Below are positions 1 to 9,965 of a stretch of DNA of 64,000 nt, in pieces. The notes beneath the pieces were generated by a model, which was not told the origin of the DNA, did not search any database, and saw only the letters and a list, made by a program, of their open reading frames with translations. Each line of letters starts with the position of its first letter. Within the stretch, counting starts at the first letter, position 1. A program made the position numbers and the translations under genes. This DNA comes from an uncultured delta proteobacterium (GTDB lineage: Bacteria > Desulfobacterota > Binatia > UBA9968): positions 672,001-736,000 of the forward strand of contig CAVYTU010000014.1 of NCBI GenBank assembly GCA_963771465.1, in the 5' to 3' direction.

Positions 1-90
1 CAAGATCGGGTTAACGCGCCGGCCGAAGTATTCCCAAAGCGAAACGACGACGACAAAAGAGACGCCGCGCACGACTAGTTTACGGCTCAT
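1..90 (-). CDS. ABC transporter permease (TauC/SsuC-like), N-terminus only; runs off the left edge
   Basis: Manual translation MSRKLVVRGVSFVVVVSLWEYFGRRVNPIL gives a TM segment with the LWE motif; ATGA overlap with the stop of the upstream ATPase. Confidence 0.75.
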   Translation of the reverse strand, partial: MSRKLVVRGVSFVVVVSLWEYFGRRVNPIL

Positions 91-872
91 TGATTTTTAC
101 TCCCGGTCGCCTCGTTGTCGAGCTCGCGTGTAAGCATTGTCCACAGAGTGTTTCTCAGCTCGATGTAGCGCGGATGGGCGCGTACTGAAATGATTTTGCG
201 CGGCCGAGGAATATTGACCGGGATGATTTCCCGAACGCGGCCGGGGCGGCGCGACATCATGACGATGCGGTCACCCAGTAAAATCGCTTCGTCGATGCTA
301 TGGGTGACGAAGATCATCGCCTTCTTTTCGCTTTCGAGTATGCGCAGCAGTTCCTCCTGCATCATCTCGCGGGTTTGCGCATCTAACGCGCCGAAGGGCT
401 CATCCATGAGCATGAGCGACGGATTGATCGCCAGGGCGCGCGCCAGACCGGCGCGCTGTTGCATGCCGCCAGAGAGTTGATGCGGATAAGAATTAACGAA
501 ATCCTTGAGTCCCATGAGATCGAGATAGCGCGCCACCGTGGTTTCGATCTCCTGTTTGGACGATCTTCTCAGCTCGAGGCCGTAGGCGATGTTTTCATCG
601 AGCCGTTTCCACGGAAACAAGCCGAAATGTTGAAACACCATCGCGACATCGGGCCGCGGTTCTGTGACAGCAGCGCCATCGATCAAGATTTCGCCGCAGT
701 CGCGGGAGATCAAACAATCGATGATGCGCAGCAGCGTGGTCTTGCCGCAACCGCTGGGACCGAGGATACACACACTCTCGTAAGGGTCGACCTCGAGATT
801 GATATCCTGCAAGGCCACTACCGCGCCATTGCTGTAGGTCTTGGTGACATTGCGTATGACGACCTTGGCCAT
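87..872 (-). CDS. NitT/TauT-family ABC transporter ATP-binding protein
   Basis: Walker A GPSGCGKT, LSGGMQQR signature, Walker B MLMDEPF, VTHSIDEA. Confidence 0.95.
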   Translation of the reverse strand: MAKVVIRNVTKTYSNGAVVALQDINLEVDPYESVCILGPSGCGKTTLLRIIDCLISRDCGEILIDGAAVTEPRPDVAMVFQHFGLFPWKRLDENIAYGLELRRSSKQEIETTVARYLDLMGLKDFVNSYPHQLSGGMQQRAGLARALAINPSLMLMDEPFGALDAQTREMMQEELLRILESEKKAMIFVTHSIDEAILLGDRIVMMSRRPGRVREIIPVNIPRPRKIISVRAHPRYIELRNTLWTMLTRELDNEATGSKNQ

Positions 873-878
873 ATGGAG

Positions 879-2093
879 TTAAACTATGGGGTGTTCTAAA
901 TACAGCTTGACCTTTTGCAGAAAGCGCGCCGCGCTGGCGCCGTCGACGACGCGATGGTCGGCGGACAATGTCGCGGTCATCATGGATTTGATCTCGATGC
1001 CGTCGCCGTCCGTGAACACGCGCGGTGCGACTCGTCCAACGGCAAGGATAGCGCACTGCGGCGGGTTAATAATGGCGATGAAGCTTTCAACGCCGAGCAT
1101 GCCGAGATTCGACACTGTAAAGGTTCCGCCTTCGTAGTCGAGGGGAAGGAGTTTTTTGTTTTGCGCCTTGTCGGCAAGCTCACGGCTCTGCTTGGCCAAT
1201 TCGACCAAACTCAAGCCGTTGGCGTTGCGAATCACCGGGACGACGAGGCCTTCCTCGAGGGCCACGGCGACGCCGATGTTTATCTCCGTATGCTGCTGGA
1301 TTCCCTGCTCGGTGAAGCTTGCGTTCATGGCCGGAAAATCATTGAGCGCGCGGGACGAGGCTTGGAGAATGAAATCATTGATCGATGGGATTAACTCGTC
1401 ACCGCGCTCTTTCCATGCGCTTCTAAGCTTGCTCACCGCGGTCATGTCGATGTCCATGCTGATGTAAAAATGCGGCGCGCTCCGTTTACTCTCAGTCATG
1501 CGCTGGCCGACGATGCGGCGCATGGACGTGAGCGGCAGTATGCCGGGCGCTGTTGAAGTTGCGGGTCGCGCTATGTTTCCATTTGCGGCGCGCTGCACGT
1601 CGGCAGCGAGAATACTTCCTTCGGGCCCGCTGCCGCGCACTGAGCTCAGCTGGATTCCCTGTTCTTTCGCAATTCGTTTGGCCTTCGGTGAAGCGAGAAT
1701 TCGTCCATGTCCCAAGGATGTCGCAACGGCCGGATCAGTTGCTGGCTTGCGTGTTGATGCCGCGGCGCGGTGCTCAGGACTTCCCGCTCCTGCCGGAAGA
1801 TGGCGTTGAGGAGATTTCGCTGGCGCAATGTCTTGGATTGCGGGCAACGTTTCGCCGGCCGCTAAGATTAGCGCGATCGTCTCACCCACAGGTACTTCAT
1901 CACCGGCCTTCGCCGCGACGCGCGCTAATACACCGGAAGCCGCAGCTTCGATCTCGACGGTCGACTTATCGGTTTCGATCTCCATCAGCGGCTCGCCCTT
2001 GGACACCGATTCGCCTTCGGCTTTGAGCCACTTGAGCAGAGTGCCAGTTTGCTGCGCCACCCCGAGGGCGGGCATGATTACGTTGATTGGCAA
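879..2093 (-). CDS. Dihydrolipoamide acyltransferase (E2) of a 2-oxoacid/acetoin dehydrogenase complex
   Basis: Lipoyl motif ETDKST, E3-binding ASPKAKRIA...GSGPEG, catalytic DHRVVDG; TTG start. Confidence 0.95.
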   Translation of the reverse strand: MPINVIMPALGVAQQTGTLLKWLKAEGESVSKGEPLMEIETDKSTVEIEAAASGVLARVAAKAGDEVPVGETIALILAAGETLPAIQDIAPAKSPQRHLPAGAGSPEHRAAASTRKPATDPAVATSLGHGRILASPKAKRIAKEQGIQLSSVRGSGPEGSILAADVQRAANGNIARPATSTAPGILPLTSMRRIVGQRMTESKRSAPHFYISMDIDMTAVSKLRSAWKERGDELIPSINDFILQASSRALNDFPAMNASFTEQGIQQHTEINIGVAVALEEGLVVPVIRNANGLSLVELAKQSRELADKAQNKKLLPLDYEGGTFTVSNLGMLGVESFIAIINPPQCAILAVGRVAPRVFTDGDGIEIKSMMTATLSADHRVVDGASAARFLQKVKLYLEHPIV

Positions 2094-2140
2094 AAGTAAC
2101 CTCTCGACGCTAATTCAAAAGCTTCAAATCGATGGAAACT

Positions 2141-3458
2141 CTAAACCTTCACCCTTTCCAACGCCCCGGGATTGTTCAAATTCGACTGGGTCTCACGAGT
2201 CGTCGGTAACTCTCCGCCGGTGGTGAAGTAGTGAGTGCCGGCGACCAGCAATTTTTCCGACGGGAAGCGCGTGATCACTTCGCAGCCGTCTTTGGTCACG
2301 ACGACTTCTTCTTCGAGACGCGCGGCGGACCAGCCGTCGGAGGCGGGCCAGTAGGTTTCGAGCGCGAAGACCATGCCTTCTTCGATTACTTCGGGATGAT
2401 CGAGAGAAACCAGACGGCTGAAGATCGGTTTCTCCCAGATCGACAAGCCGACGCCGTGGCCGTATTGCAATGCGAAGGCGGCTTCTTCGTTGGCGAAGCC
2501 GAACTCTTGCGCCTTCGGCCAAAGCTTGACGACATCCGCCGTGGTGATGCCCGGCTTGACGATGCTGATCGCGGCGTCCATGTAGTCGCGGCTGCGTTTG
2601 TAGGCGTCGACCATCGCCGGCGACGCGCTGCCGATGGCGAACGTCCGATAGTAGCAAGTGCGGTAGCCGTTGAAGCTGTGGAGAATATCGAAAAACGCCG
2701 GATCCCCGGGGCGCAGCACGCGGTCGGTGTAAACATGCGGATGCGGACTGCAACGCTCGCCGGAGATCGCGTTGACGCCTTCGACGTGCTCTGAGCCAAG
2801 ATCGTAAAGTACTTTGCTGACCACACCGACGCATTCGTTTTCTTTGACGCCTGGTTTCATGAAGCGATAAAGCTCGTCGTAGGCGGCGTCGACCATCATG
2901 GTCGCGGTGTTGAGCAGCGTGATTTCGTCTTGGGTTTTGATCTTCCGCACTTCATGCATCAACTGCTGGCCGTCGACGACTTTAAGCCCTTGGGCCTGGA
3001 GCGCGAACAGCACGGGCATCTCGATGACATCGACGCCGACCGGCTCGTTTTGTAAATTGCGCATTTCCAATTCGAGCTTGATTTTCTTGGCGACATCTTC
3101 GGCCAGACCGGAACCAGGATGGGTCGCGCCGCGCAGGGTGGAAATTCCCGCGCGCGAGCGTTCGCCCAACCAGGGGCAATAGATCTGATGATGGCGCGCC
3201 GCCGAACCGAAGTCCCACAGGATCGGTTCGTCATCTTGCGGCAATAACGAAAAGCGCACCAGTTTGTCCATCGCCCAAGTGCCGATGTGCGTCGCGGTGA
3301 TGTAACGGATGTTGTTCATGTCGAAGCAAAGCAAGCGCGCCGATCTCGGATTTCTTCAGCGCGTTCTTCACCCGCCTCAAACGCTCTTGACGCAGCCGCT
3401 CGATGTTGACGCGCTCTTCCCAATCGACGGCCATCAGGCCGAAGGTTTTCAAGCCCAT
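2141..3458 (-). pseudogene. M24 (pita-bread fold) Xaa-Pro peptidase/creatinase-like protein interrupted by a 1-nt insertion near 3335
   Basis: ORF 3231-3458 (MGLKTFGLMAVDWEERV...SEIGA; AGGAGG RBS) joins ORF 2141-3334 (LLCFDMNNIRY...GHGVG...ALET...RLEEEV) if one C is removed from GGC GCG C TTG CTT TGC; may be a sequencing error. Confidence 0.8.
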
Positions 3459-3471
3459 TGCCTACCTCCTT

Positions 3472-3521
3472 GTTTCGGGATTCGTGTTCAACCCTAAACC
3501 AGAAACCCGGAACTCGAAACT
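3472..3521. repeat. Intergenic heptamer repeats with an inverted counterpart
   Basis: GTTTCGG GATTCGT GTT followed by AACCCTA AACCAGA AACCCGG AACTCGA AACT. Confidence 0.7.
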
Positions 3522-3526
3522 CTTAT

Positions 3527-4543
3527 TCAGCGCTTGCCGCACAAGCTTTTCGCCATCGCCACCACCGCCTCTGGCGTCGGCACGGTTTGATCTTCGAGCA
3601 CCGGCGAGAACGGCACTGGCACATCCATGGCGCCCATGCGTTTGACCGGAGCGTCGAGATAGTAAAAAGCGCCGTCAGCGATCACAGAAGCGATCTCGGC
3701 GGTCACGCCGTAGCGCTCGTAGCCTTCGTCGATGACTATGGCGCGGCTGGTTTTTTTCGCTGATTCGATAATCGTTACTTTGTCGAGCGGTGCGGTGGTG
3801 CGCACGTCCACGACTTCGGCGTTGATTTCACTTTGCGCCAAGAATTCCGCGGCGGCCAGCGCGACCTGAACCATGCTGCTGGTGGCGACCAGCGTGATAT
3901 CGCTACCGACGCGTTTCACGTCGGCAACGCCGAGCGGGATCGTGTATTCCTCCGTCGGCACCTGGCCCTTCGTTTGGTACATCAATTTGTCTTCGAAGAA
4001 AGCGACTGGATTGTCGTCGCGGATCGCCGACTTGAGCAAGCCTTTGGCGTCGTACGGCGTAGCGGGAACCACGACTTTCAATCCGGGAATATGGCTGAGC
4101 CAGGCATGCAGGCTCTGGCTATGCTGCGCTGCAGAGCGCCGCGTCGCCCCGAGAGTCGTCCGCAAAACCATTGGGACTTTGAGTTTGCCGCCGGACATGT
4201 AGTGAATCTTCGCCGCTTGATTGACCATCTGATCCATCGTCAGCGTGATGAAGTCGCCGAACATAATGTCGACCACCGGGCGCATGCCGGTCATCGCCGC
4301 GCCGACGCCGATGCCGGCGATGCCCGCTTCCGAAATCGGCGAATCGATCACGCGCTGTGTGCCGAATTCTTTTACCAACCCGGACAAAACTTTGAACGGC
4401 GTACCCGCCTCGGCGACATCTTCGCCGATGATAAACACCGTCGGATCGCGGCGCATCTCTTCGGCAAGCGCTTCGTTGATCGCTTGGGCGAAGGTGATGT
4501 CGCGCGTGCCAATTTTGGCCGTGGTGGTGCTAGGCGTAGACAT
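3527..4543 (-). CDS. TPP-dependent dehydrogenase E1 beta subunit (AcoB/PdhB-like)
   Basis: GEDV, DSPISEAG, DQMVNQAAK, AAQHSQ; start placed at MSTPS (4543), overlapping the E1 alpha stop. Confidence 0.95.
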   Translation of the reverse strand: MSTPSTTTAKIGTRDITFAQAINEALAEEMRRDPTVFIIGEDVAEAGTPFKVLSGLVKEFGTQRVIDSPISEAGIAGIGVGAAMTGMRPVVDIMFGDFITLTMDQMVNQAAKIHYMSGGKLKVPMVLRTTLGATRRSAAQHSQSLHAWLSHIPGLKVVVPATPYDAKGLLKSAIRDDNPVAFFEDKLMYQTKGQVPTEEYTIPLGVADVKRVGSDITLVATSSMVQVALAAAEFLAQSEINAEVVDVRTTAPLDKVTIIESAKKTSRAIVIDEGYERYGVTAEIASVIADGAFYYLDAPVKRMGAMDVPVPFSPVLEDQTVPTPEAVVAMAKSLCGKR

Positions 4544-5543
4544 CCTGATCGACTTCTTCTGCCTGCGGATAGGGCGCATTGAGCGCGAAGTTCACCGCTT
4601 CTTTGATTTCCGTGGCGACTTCGTTTTCGATGCGCTGGAATAACTTGCCGTCCGCCAATTTATTTTTCTCCAGCCAAGCCGCGAGCAGCTTCACCGGATC
4701 GCGCTTTGATTTCCACTCTGCTTCTTCGGCTTTCGACCGGTAGTAGGCGCGGTCGATGTCGCCGACATGGTGGCCGTGGAAGCGGTAGGTGAGACATTCC
4801 AAAAAAGCCGGGCCGTCGCCGCGGCGCGCGCGCTCGACCAGTTTTTGCGCCGCCGCGTGGAGCGCGCGCACGTCCTGGCCGTCGAGCGATTCGACGTGAA
4901 TGCCGAAGGCTTTAGCACGGCCGGTAACGTCGCCGGCGGTGGTTTCGCGGTAGTGGGTGTACTCGTTGTACTGATTATTCTCGCAGACGTAGATCACCGG
5001 CAGTTTCCAGAGCGACGCCATGTTCATCGTCTCGTAAAGCAGTCCTTGCCCGAGAGCGCCGTCGCCGAAGAAGCAGACTGCGACCTGATGAGTGCCGCGC
5101 ATCTTGATCGACATCGCCGCGCCGGTGGCGATGCCGGCGCTGCCGCCGACGATGGCGTTGGCGCCCAAGTTGCCGGTGTCTTGATCGGCGATGTGCATGG
5201 AGCCGCCTTTGCCGCGGCAGTAGCCGGCTTCCTTGCCGAGTAGTTCGGCAAACATTCTATCCAGCGACGCGCCTTTGGCGATACAGTGGCCGTGACCGCG
5301 GTGGGTGCTGGTGATGTAATCGTCTTGGCGCAACGCTTCGCAAACACCGACCGCGACGGCTTCTTCGCCAATATAGAGATGCGCGAGACCCGGCATCTTG
5401 GCGCCGAGATAAAGCTGGTTGACCTGTTCTTCGAAGAGCCTGATCTTCAGCATCTGGCGGTAGAATTGGAGCCAGCGCTCGTCGTGAGCGCCGGCGGCTC
5501 GTTTGTCGAGTTTCTTCGCTGGTGTTTTTACGGAGCGAGCCAT
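4530..5543 (-). CDS. TPP-dependent dehydrogenase E1 alpha subunit (AcoA/PdhA-like)
   Basis: THRGHGH, GKGGSMH, TPP motif GDGA...ENN, TYRFHGH. Confidence 0.95.
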   Translation of the reverse strand: MARSVKTPAKKLDKRAAGAHDERWLQFYRQMLKIRLFEEQVNQLYLGAKMPGLAHLYIGEEAVAVGVCEALRQDDYITSTHRGHGHCIAKGASLDRMFAELLGKEAGYCRGKGGSMHIADQDTGNLGANAIVGGSAGIATGAAMSIKMRGTHQVAVCFFGDGALGQGLLYETMNMASLWKLPVIYVCENNQYNEYTHYRETTAGDVTGRAKAFGIHVESLDGQDVRALHAAAQKLVERARRGDGPAFLECLTYRFHGHHVGDIDRAYYRSKAEEAEWKSKRDPVKLLAAWLEKNKLADGKLFQRIENEVATEIKEAVNFALNAPYPQAEEVDQDVYA

Positions 5544-5608
5544 AGGGGGATTTTTTGCGTGTTTGATTTTTAGTGCTTGGTTCCTAACGCAATGCTAAAG
5601 ACTAAAAA

Positions 5609-6490
5609 CTATTTGTTCAGCCCGGCCATTCTTGCCAAGACTTCAAACAAGATCGCAAAATCTTTCTCGGCAAACCCCATGGCGCGCGCCGTGGTGAGAA
5701 ATTCATTCGTAATCGACGTCGTCGGCAGCGGCACATCGAGTTGGCGTCCCATTTCTAGTGCCAGCAGCAGATCTTTCTGCATCATGTTGACGTCGAACCA
5801 GGCTTCGTCCGGCATTTTCAATACGAACGGGCCGCGGTACTTCACCATCGGCGAGGCCATGACACTGTTGAGCAAGACTTCGACGGCGGTTTCGCGGGCG
5901 ATGCCGCTCTTTTCGGCGAGCAGCAGGCCTTCGCTAAACGCGAGCATCTGCACGGCTAGACTCAAATTGGTGGCGATTTTCATCGACGCCGCTAAGCCAT
6001 GACCACCGACATAGGTCGCCTTTGGGCCGATGGCTTGAAGGTAAGGCAGAACTTTCTCAAACGTTACTCTCTTGCCGCCAACCATGAATGAGAGCTTGCC
6101 CTCTTCCAAAGTAATCGAACTACCGGACACTGGCGCATCAAGCATCTCGGCGCCTTTGATTTCAACTTGTGTAGCCAGGTCGCGGATGGCCGCCGGGCTC
6201 ACCGTGCTCATCTCGACGTAGATTTTTCCCGCGCTCAGTCCGGCGACAATTCCGTCGTTGCCCTCGGTGACCGCGCGTAAAGCGCTGTTATTGGCGATCA
6301 TGGAGAAGACAACGTCAGACGATTGGGCTGCCGCGCGCGGCGTGTCAGCCCAATTCATTCCCAAGTCGAGCAGCCACTGTGCCTTGGACTTAGTTCGGTT
6401 ATAACCTGTGACGTTGTGGCCGGCGTCGAGCAGCCGCTTCGCCATGCGGCTGCCCATTACTCCCAGACCGATGAAACCGAGATTCGCCAT
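5609..6490 (-). CDS. NAD(P)-dependent beta-hydroxyacid dehydrogenase (3-hydroxyisobutyrate/tartronate semialdehyde reductase family)
   Basis: GFIGLGVMG, DAPVSGS, catalytic K in MKIATN, MQKDL. Confidence 0.92.
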   Translation of the reverse strand: MANLGFIGLGVMGSRMAKRLLDAGHNVTGYNRTKSKAQWLLDLGMNWADTPRAAAQSSDVVFSMIANNSALRAVTEGNDGIVAGLSAGKIYVEMSTVSPAAIRDLATQVEIKGAEMLDAPVSGSSITLEEGKLSFMVGGKRVTFEKVLPYLQAIGPKATYVGGHGLAASMKIATNLSLAVQMLAFSEGLLLAEKSGIARETAVEVLLNSVMASPMVKYRGPFVLKMPDEAWFDVNMMQKDLLLALEMGRQLDVPLPTTSITNEFLTTARAMGFAEKDFAILFEVLARMAGLNK

Positions 6491-6557
6491 GAACAACCCC
6501 AAATACTAAAATTCAAAATTCGCATCGAGCTCGCTTCGGATTTGCCGAGCGGTTTAG

Positions 6558-7571
6558 TTAACCTTCTGCCTTGATATATTTTCCCATCTCGCGCAGCGTC
6601 TCCGGTGTCTGATTGAATAACGCATTAAAATCTTTCGTTACCTGTTCGTGAGTTATGAGGGAAAAATCGATCCGTGCTCGCTTTGCTTCAGCGAGCAGTT
6701 CGGGATCCTTGATCGCTTTGGCAAATGCTTCGCGCAGTATCGCCACACGATCTTTGGGTGTATTGGGATGAACGGCAAACGCGCGGCCGATCGCCAGAGG
6801 TAGTCCTTTGATCGACATGAGCGATTTACCGAGCGCGCTGGTCGCTAAGTCTTCATCGACCGGCAAGTTTTCATAGCCTGGCAATGCCGTGCGGCCGCGC
6901 ACCAGCGGTCTGACGGCGCCGCGGTCGGCGGCGAGTTTGATAGTCGTTGCCAACGCCGACCAGACATCAACTTCTTTACGCTCGATGGCAAGCAGGACGT
7001 CGCTATTGGCGGGATAACCGGAGACTAATTTTAGCTTGGCACCGGCGAATTCCTTGAGCAGCAGGGGAAAATCGTGTGCGTTGGAACCTGGACCCGTGGT
7101 GCCGGCAACTAGTTCGCGGTCAGCTTTCTTCATCTCGTCAAAGGTTTTATAGGGCAGGTCCGGGCGGATCGAGAACATCACACCGTCGGCGCCCGAGGAG
7201 CCGAGCCATTGAAACTTGCGGGCGTCAAAACGTACCTGCGGAATTTTTGACAACTGCGCGATGGCGACATTTGGATTAGCCGCGAGTATAGTCAGGCCGT
7301 CTGACTTGGCGACGTTGTACACATTATTCGTCGCCAGCAAGTGGGCTGCGCCGGGCATATGCTGCAAGATTACCGCCGGTTTGCCGGGAATATATTTCCC
7401 CAAGTGGTGCGCCACGATAAGCGCGGCGATCTCGAGGCTGCCGCTCTTGGCGCCGATCAGAATGGTGACAGCTTTGGCGTCGTAAAAATTCGCCTGTCCC
7501 CAAGCCGGTGCGCCTGCAAGAATCAGCCAAGTCAAAAGCGAATAGGCGGTTATTTGCCGAGCGATGTTCAT
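6558..7571 (-). CDS. Tripartite tricarboxylate transporter substrate-binding protein (TctC/Bug)
   Basis: Signal peptide from MNIARQ with GGAGG RBS; MPGAA, DGLTI and VSGYP...LAIERKEVD motifs; follows tctA/tctB. Confidence 0.85.
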   Translation of the reverse strand: MNIARQITAYSLLTWLILAGAPAWGQANFYDAKAVTILIGAKSGSLEIAALIVAHHLGKYIPGKPAVILQHMPGAAHLLATNNVYNVAKSDGLTILAANPNVAIAQLSKIPQVRFDARKFQWLGSSGADGVMFSIRPDLPYKTFDEMKKADRELVAGTTGPGSNAHDFPLLLKEFAGAKLKLVSGYPANSDVLLAIERKEVDVWSALATTIKLAADRGAVRPLVRGRTALPGYENLPVDEDLATSALGKSLMSIKGLPLAIGRAFAVHPNTPKDRVAILREAFAKAIKDPELLAEAKRARIDFSLITHEQVTKDFNALFNQTPETLREMGKYIKAEG

Positions 7572-7627
7572 GCAATCCTCCTGCAAGACGATTAGGTTAA
7601 TGCCAACGATTTTACCGAAGCGACACG

Positions 7628-7657
7628 AGGGTATGTGATTCCGACAACGCGAGTCAA
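7628..7657 (-). promoter_or_regulatory. Possible sigma70 promoter for the TctC-like gene
   Basis: TTGACT-N18-TACCCT on the minus strand. Confidence 0.4.
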
Positions 7658-7671
7658 GCCGATTTCCAGGT

Positions 7672-8148
7672 TTACAGGCCGAGCCAAGCTTGCAGCGCAC
7701 CTTGCTCGAATTGTAAATGCACCAGTCTTTGAAACAGCGCGTAAAACACGACCCAAGTGATTGCCGTTGCTGCAATTGTCGGAAGCGAGCTGACGCCACT
7801 TTCAAAGCGGAGATAAAAGCAAATAAACAGCGGCACGGTGAGCGGAAAGCCGATCATGTAAACACAGAAAATAAAGCCGGCGATCCAAGCAAACGCCGAA
7901 ATCACGCGCTGGCGCTCGATCTCGGGCGGAACGTCGCTGGAGAACTCCAAATCGACCGCCGAGCTCTCGATAATATCTTCCTTCCCGACCAGCAGCTGCA
8001 CGAGTTGAATCCCGGCTAAGAGCAACAGGGGAATACTTACGGACAAGGGGAAGAGCGCCGCTTTGAATGGCCAATCGAGTGCTAGGTAGATCGCCGTAGT
8101 AGCAACGAAGATGAGGAAAACACAGAAGAGTGCGCGGCCCTTATGCAT
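7672..8148 (-). CDS. tctB: Tripartite tricarboxylate transporter small membrane subunit (TctB)
   Basis: About 4 TM helices, FP motif; lies between tctA and tctC. Confidence 0.8.
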   Translation of the reverse strand: MHKGRALFCVFLIFVATTAIYLALDWPFKAALFPLSVSIPLLLLAGIQLVQLLVGKEDIIESSAVDLEFSSDVPPEIERQRVISAFAWIAGFIFCVYMIGFPLTVPLFICFYLRFESGVSSLPTIAATAITWVVFYALFQRLVHLQFEQGALQAWLGL

Positions 8149-9652
8149 TGGCCGTGCTCTGGGCGCGCTGGCGCCGCTTTTGGATATACGGATAGGCGAT
8201 CACGAAAACCATTAGAATAATCAGCGCGATGACCATCGGCTGCTTCAACCAGGTGAACCCGTAACGGGCCACTGAAATAAAAAAATAAGTCTCGATAACT
8301 TTGCCTAAGACGAAGCCGAGAACAAAGGGCGGACGCGGCCAACCGAACAGCACCATAAAATAGCTGAGCACGCCGAAGATCAGCGTGACGATCAGATCGG
8401 TGATCTGGCCGTTGGCGGTGTAACTGCCGACGAAGACCAGCAGCAAAACAAAAGGGATGATGAGGCCGCCGCGCACGTTGGTTACTTTGGCCAGTTGATC
8501 GAGAATCGTTAGGCACAGGAGCACGGCGATGATGTTGGCGATTACCAATGTCCAAACCATCGAGAACGTGATCGACAGATGCTTGGTGAGCATGTCTGGA
8601 CCAGGTGAAAGGCCCATGATCAAAAAGGCGCTCAGCAAAATCGCCATCGCTCCACTACCGGGAACGCCGAAAGCGACGGTGGGTATGAGCTCGCCTCCCT
8701 CTTTCGAATTATTCGCCGCGCCTGGTCCCAGAACGCCGCGCACATCGCCTTTGCCGAAGCGTTCTCGGTCCTTGGCATCCTTGGCGCCTTGCACGGCGTG
8801 AGCGTAGGCCATCCATTGGGCAACGCCACCACCGGCTCCCGGCAGGATGCCGACGAATACTCCAACCACCGAGCAGCGAACCACCAGCCAAAAATGGCGA
8901 AAAGTATCTTTGATCCCTGCCATGACGCCGCTGCTCAAATTCTCCGCCGGCCGCTGGCCGGCGATCGAAGTGCCGCGCACGGTGAGATCGATAATTTCAG
9001 GAATCGCAAAAACACCGACCAGCACGGGCACGAAATCCAAGCCGTCCCAGAGATACATCAGACCCATATCGAAGCGTAGGGAACCGGACTGGCGCTCCTG
9101 GCCGATGGTCGAGACCAGAAGCCCAAGCAGCCCCATGGCGAAGCCCTTGATTTGTCCGCGCGCGCCGGCGCCGCTGAGCGACGTGATGCAGGAAATACCG
9201 ATGACGGCCAACATGAACAGCTCCGGCGAGCCGAAGGCGAGCACCAGCGGCCGGACAATCGGAATTGCCAACGCTAAAGCGACCGCGCCGATGAGCGCGC
9301 CAACTAACGAGCTCATGAGCGCCGCGCCGAGGGCGCGACCCGCCTCGCCATTTTTCGCCATTGGATGACCGTCGACCACCGTGGCGGCCGAAATCGCTTC
9401 ACCGGGCACGCCGAAAAGCACCGAGGTGATATCACCGGTGGTTGCGGCGACGGCATGCATGCCGAGCAAAAACGCGAACGCCTCCGCCGGCTGCATTTTG
9501 AAAACAAATGGGATCATCAAGGCGAGAGTGGCGGCGCCGCCGATGCCTGGCAGTAAGCCGACACAGAAGCCGAGCAGCATGCCGACCAGCATCAAGCTGA
9601 AAGCTTTCCACTGTAAGACAAGGAACAAACCGTCGATGAAGGCGTCGAACAT
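8141..9652 (-). CDS. tctA: Tripartite tricarboxylate transporter large membrane subunit (TctA)
   Basis: GLLPGIGG, GVPGE...ATVVDGHPMA..G.AGRALG, AANN...IPTVAFGVPG. Confidence 0.95.
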   Translation of the reverse strand: MFDAFIDGLFLVLQWKAFSLMLVGMLLGFCVGLLPGIGGAATLALMIPFVFKMQPAEAFAFLLGMHAVAATTGDITSVLFGVPGEAISAATVVDGHPMAKNGEAGRALGAALMSSLVGALIGAVALALAIPIVRPLVLAFGSPELFMLAVIGISCITSLSGAGARGQIKGFAMGLLGLLVSTIGQERQSGSLRFDMGLMYLWDGLDFVPVLVGVFAIPEIIDLTVRGTSIAGQRPAENLSSGVMAGIKDTFRHFWLVVRCSVVGVFVGILPGAGGGVAQWMAYAHAVQGAKDAKDRERFGKGDVRGVLGPGAANNSKEGGELIPTVAFGVPGSGAMAILLSAFLIMGLSPGPDMLTKHLSITFSMVWTLVIANIIAVLLCLTILDQLAKVTNVRGGLIIPFVLLLVFVGSYTANGQITDLIVTLIFGVLSYFMVLFGWPRPPFVLGFVLGKVIETYFFISVARYGFTWLKQPMVIALIILMVFVIAYPYIQKRRQRAQSTANA

Positions 9653-9731
9653 GATCGCGTGCTGCCTCGGCTAAGGTCAATGATTTACCTCGCAAATCTT
9701 GAAACACGGTTGCGAAGCAAAATCCCGCGCG

Positions 9732-9761
9732 ACTATACGGGACGAAAGAATTTACTGTCAA
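9732..9761 (-). promoter_or_regulatory. Sigma70-type promoter upstream of tctA
   Basis: TTGACA-N18-TATAGT on the minus strand, ~80 nt before the ATG. Confidence 0.65.
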
Positions 9762-9965
9762 GGAAAGAAACAGGAAAGAAAAACGTTCATCCCGGATGCC
9801 GCAGTTGAAATTGAATCAGCGAGCCCGCAATTACTTCAACGGCGCCGTCCGGCTTAATTGTCGCAAGCGAAATCCAATTACGTTCCAGCATGCGGCGATT
9901 CTAAACTATGGCTCTGGCGACCAACTTAGAGATTTCGTGCTGCGAGGCGCGGGTTTAACAGGAAC

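Noticed and set aside
7572-7805. N-terminal extension of the TctC ORF (likewise CBS 39578-39817, aroK 56389-56493, CNNM 30767-30841, ORF 59285-59506)
   Set aside because: They overlap neighbouring genes or promoters; better starts with RBS or signal peptides lie downstream
9761-9783. AGGAAAGAAA(C) direct repeat upstream of the tctA -35 box
   Set aside because: Low-complexity two-copy repeat with no supporting evidence of function
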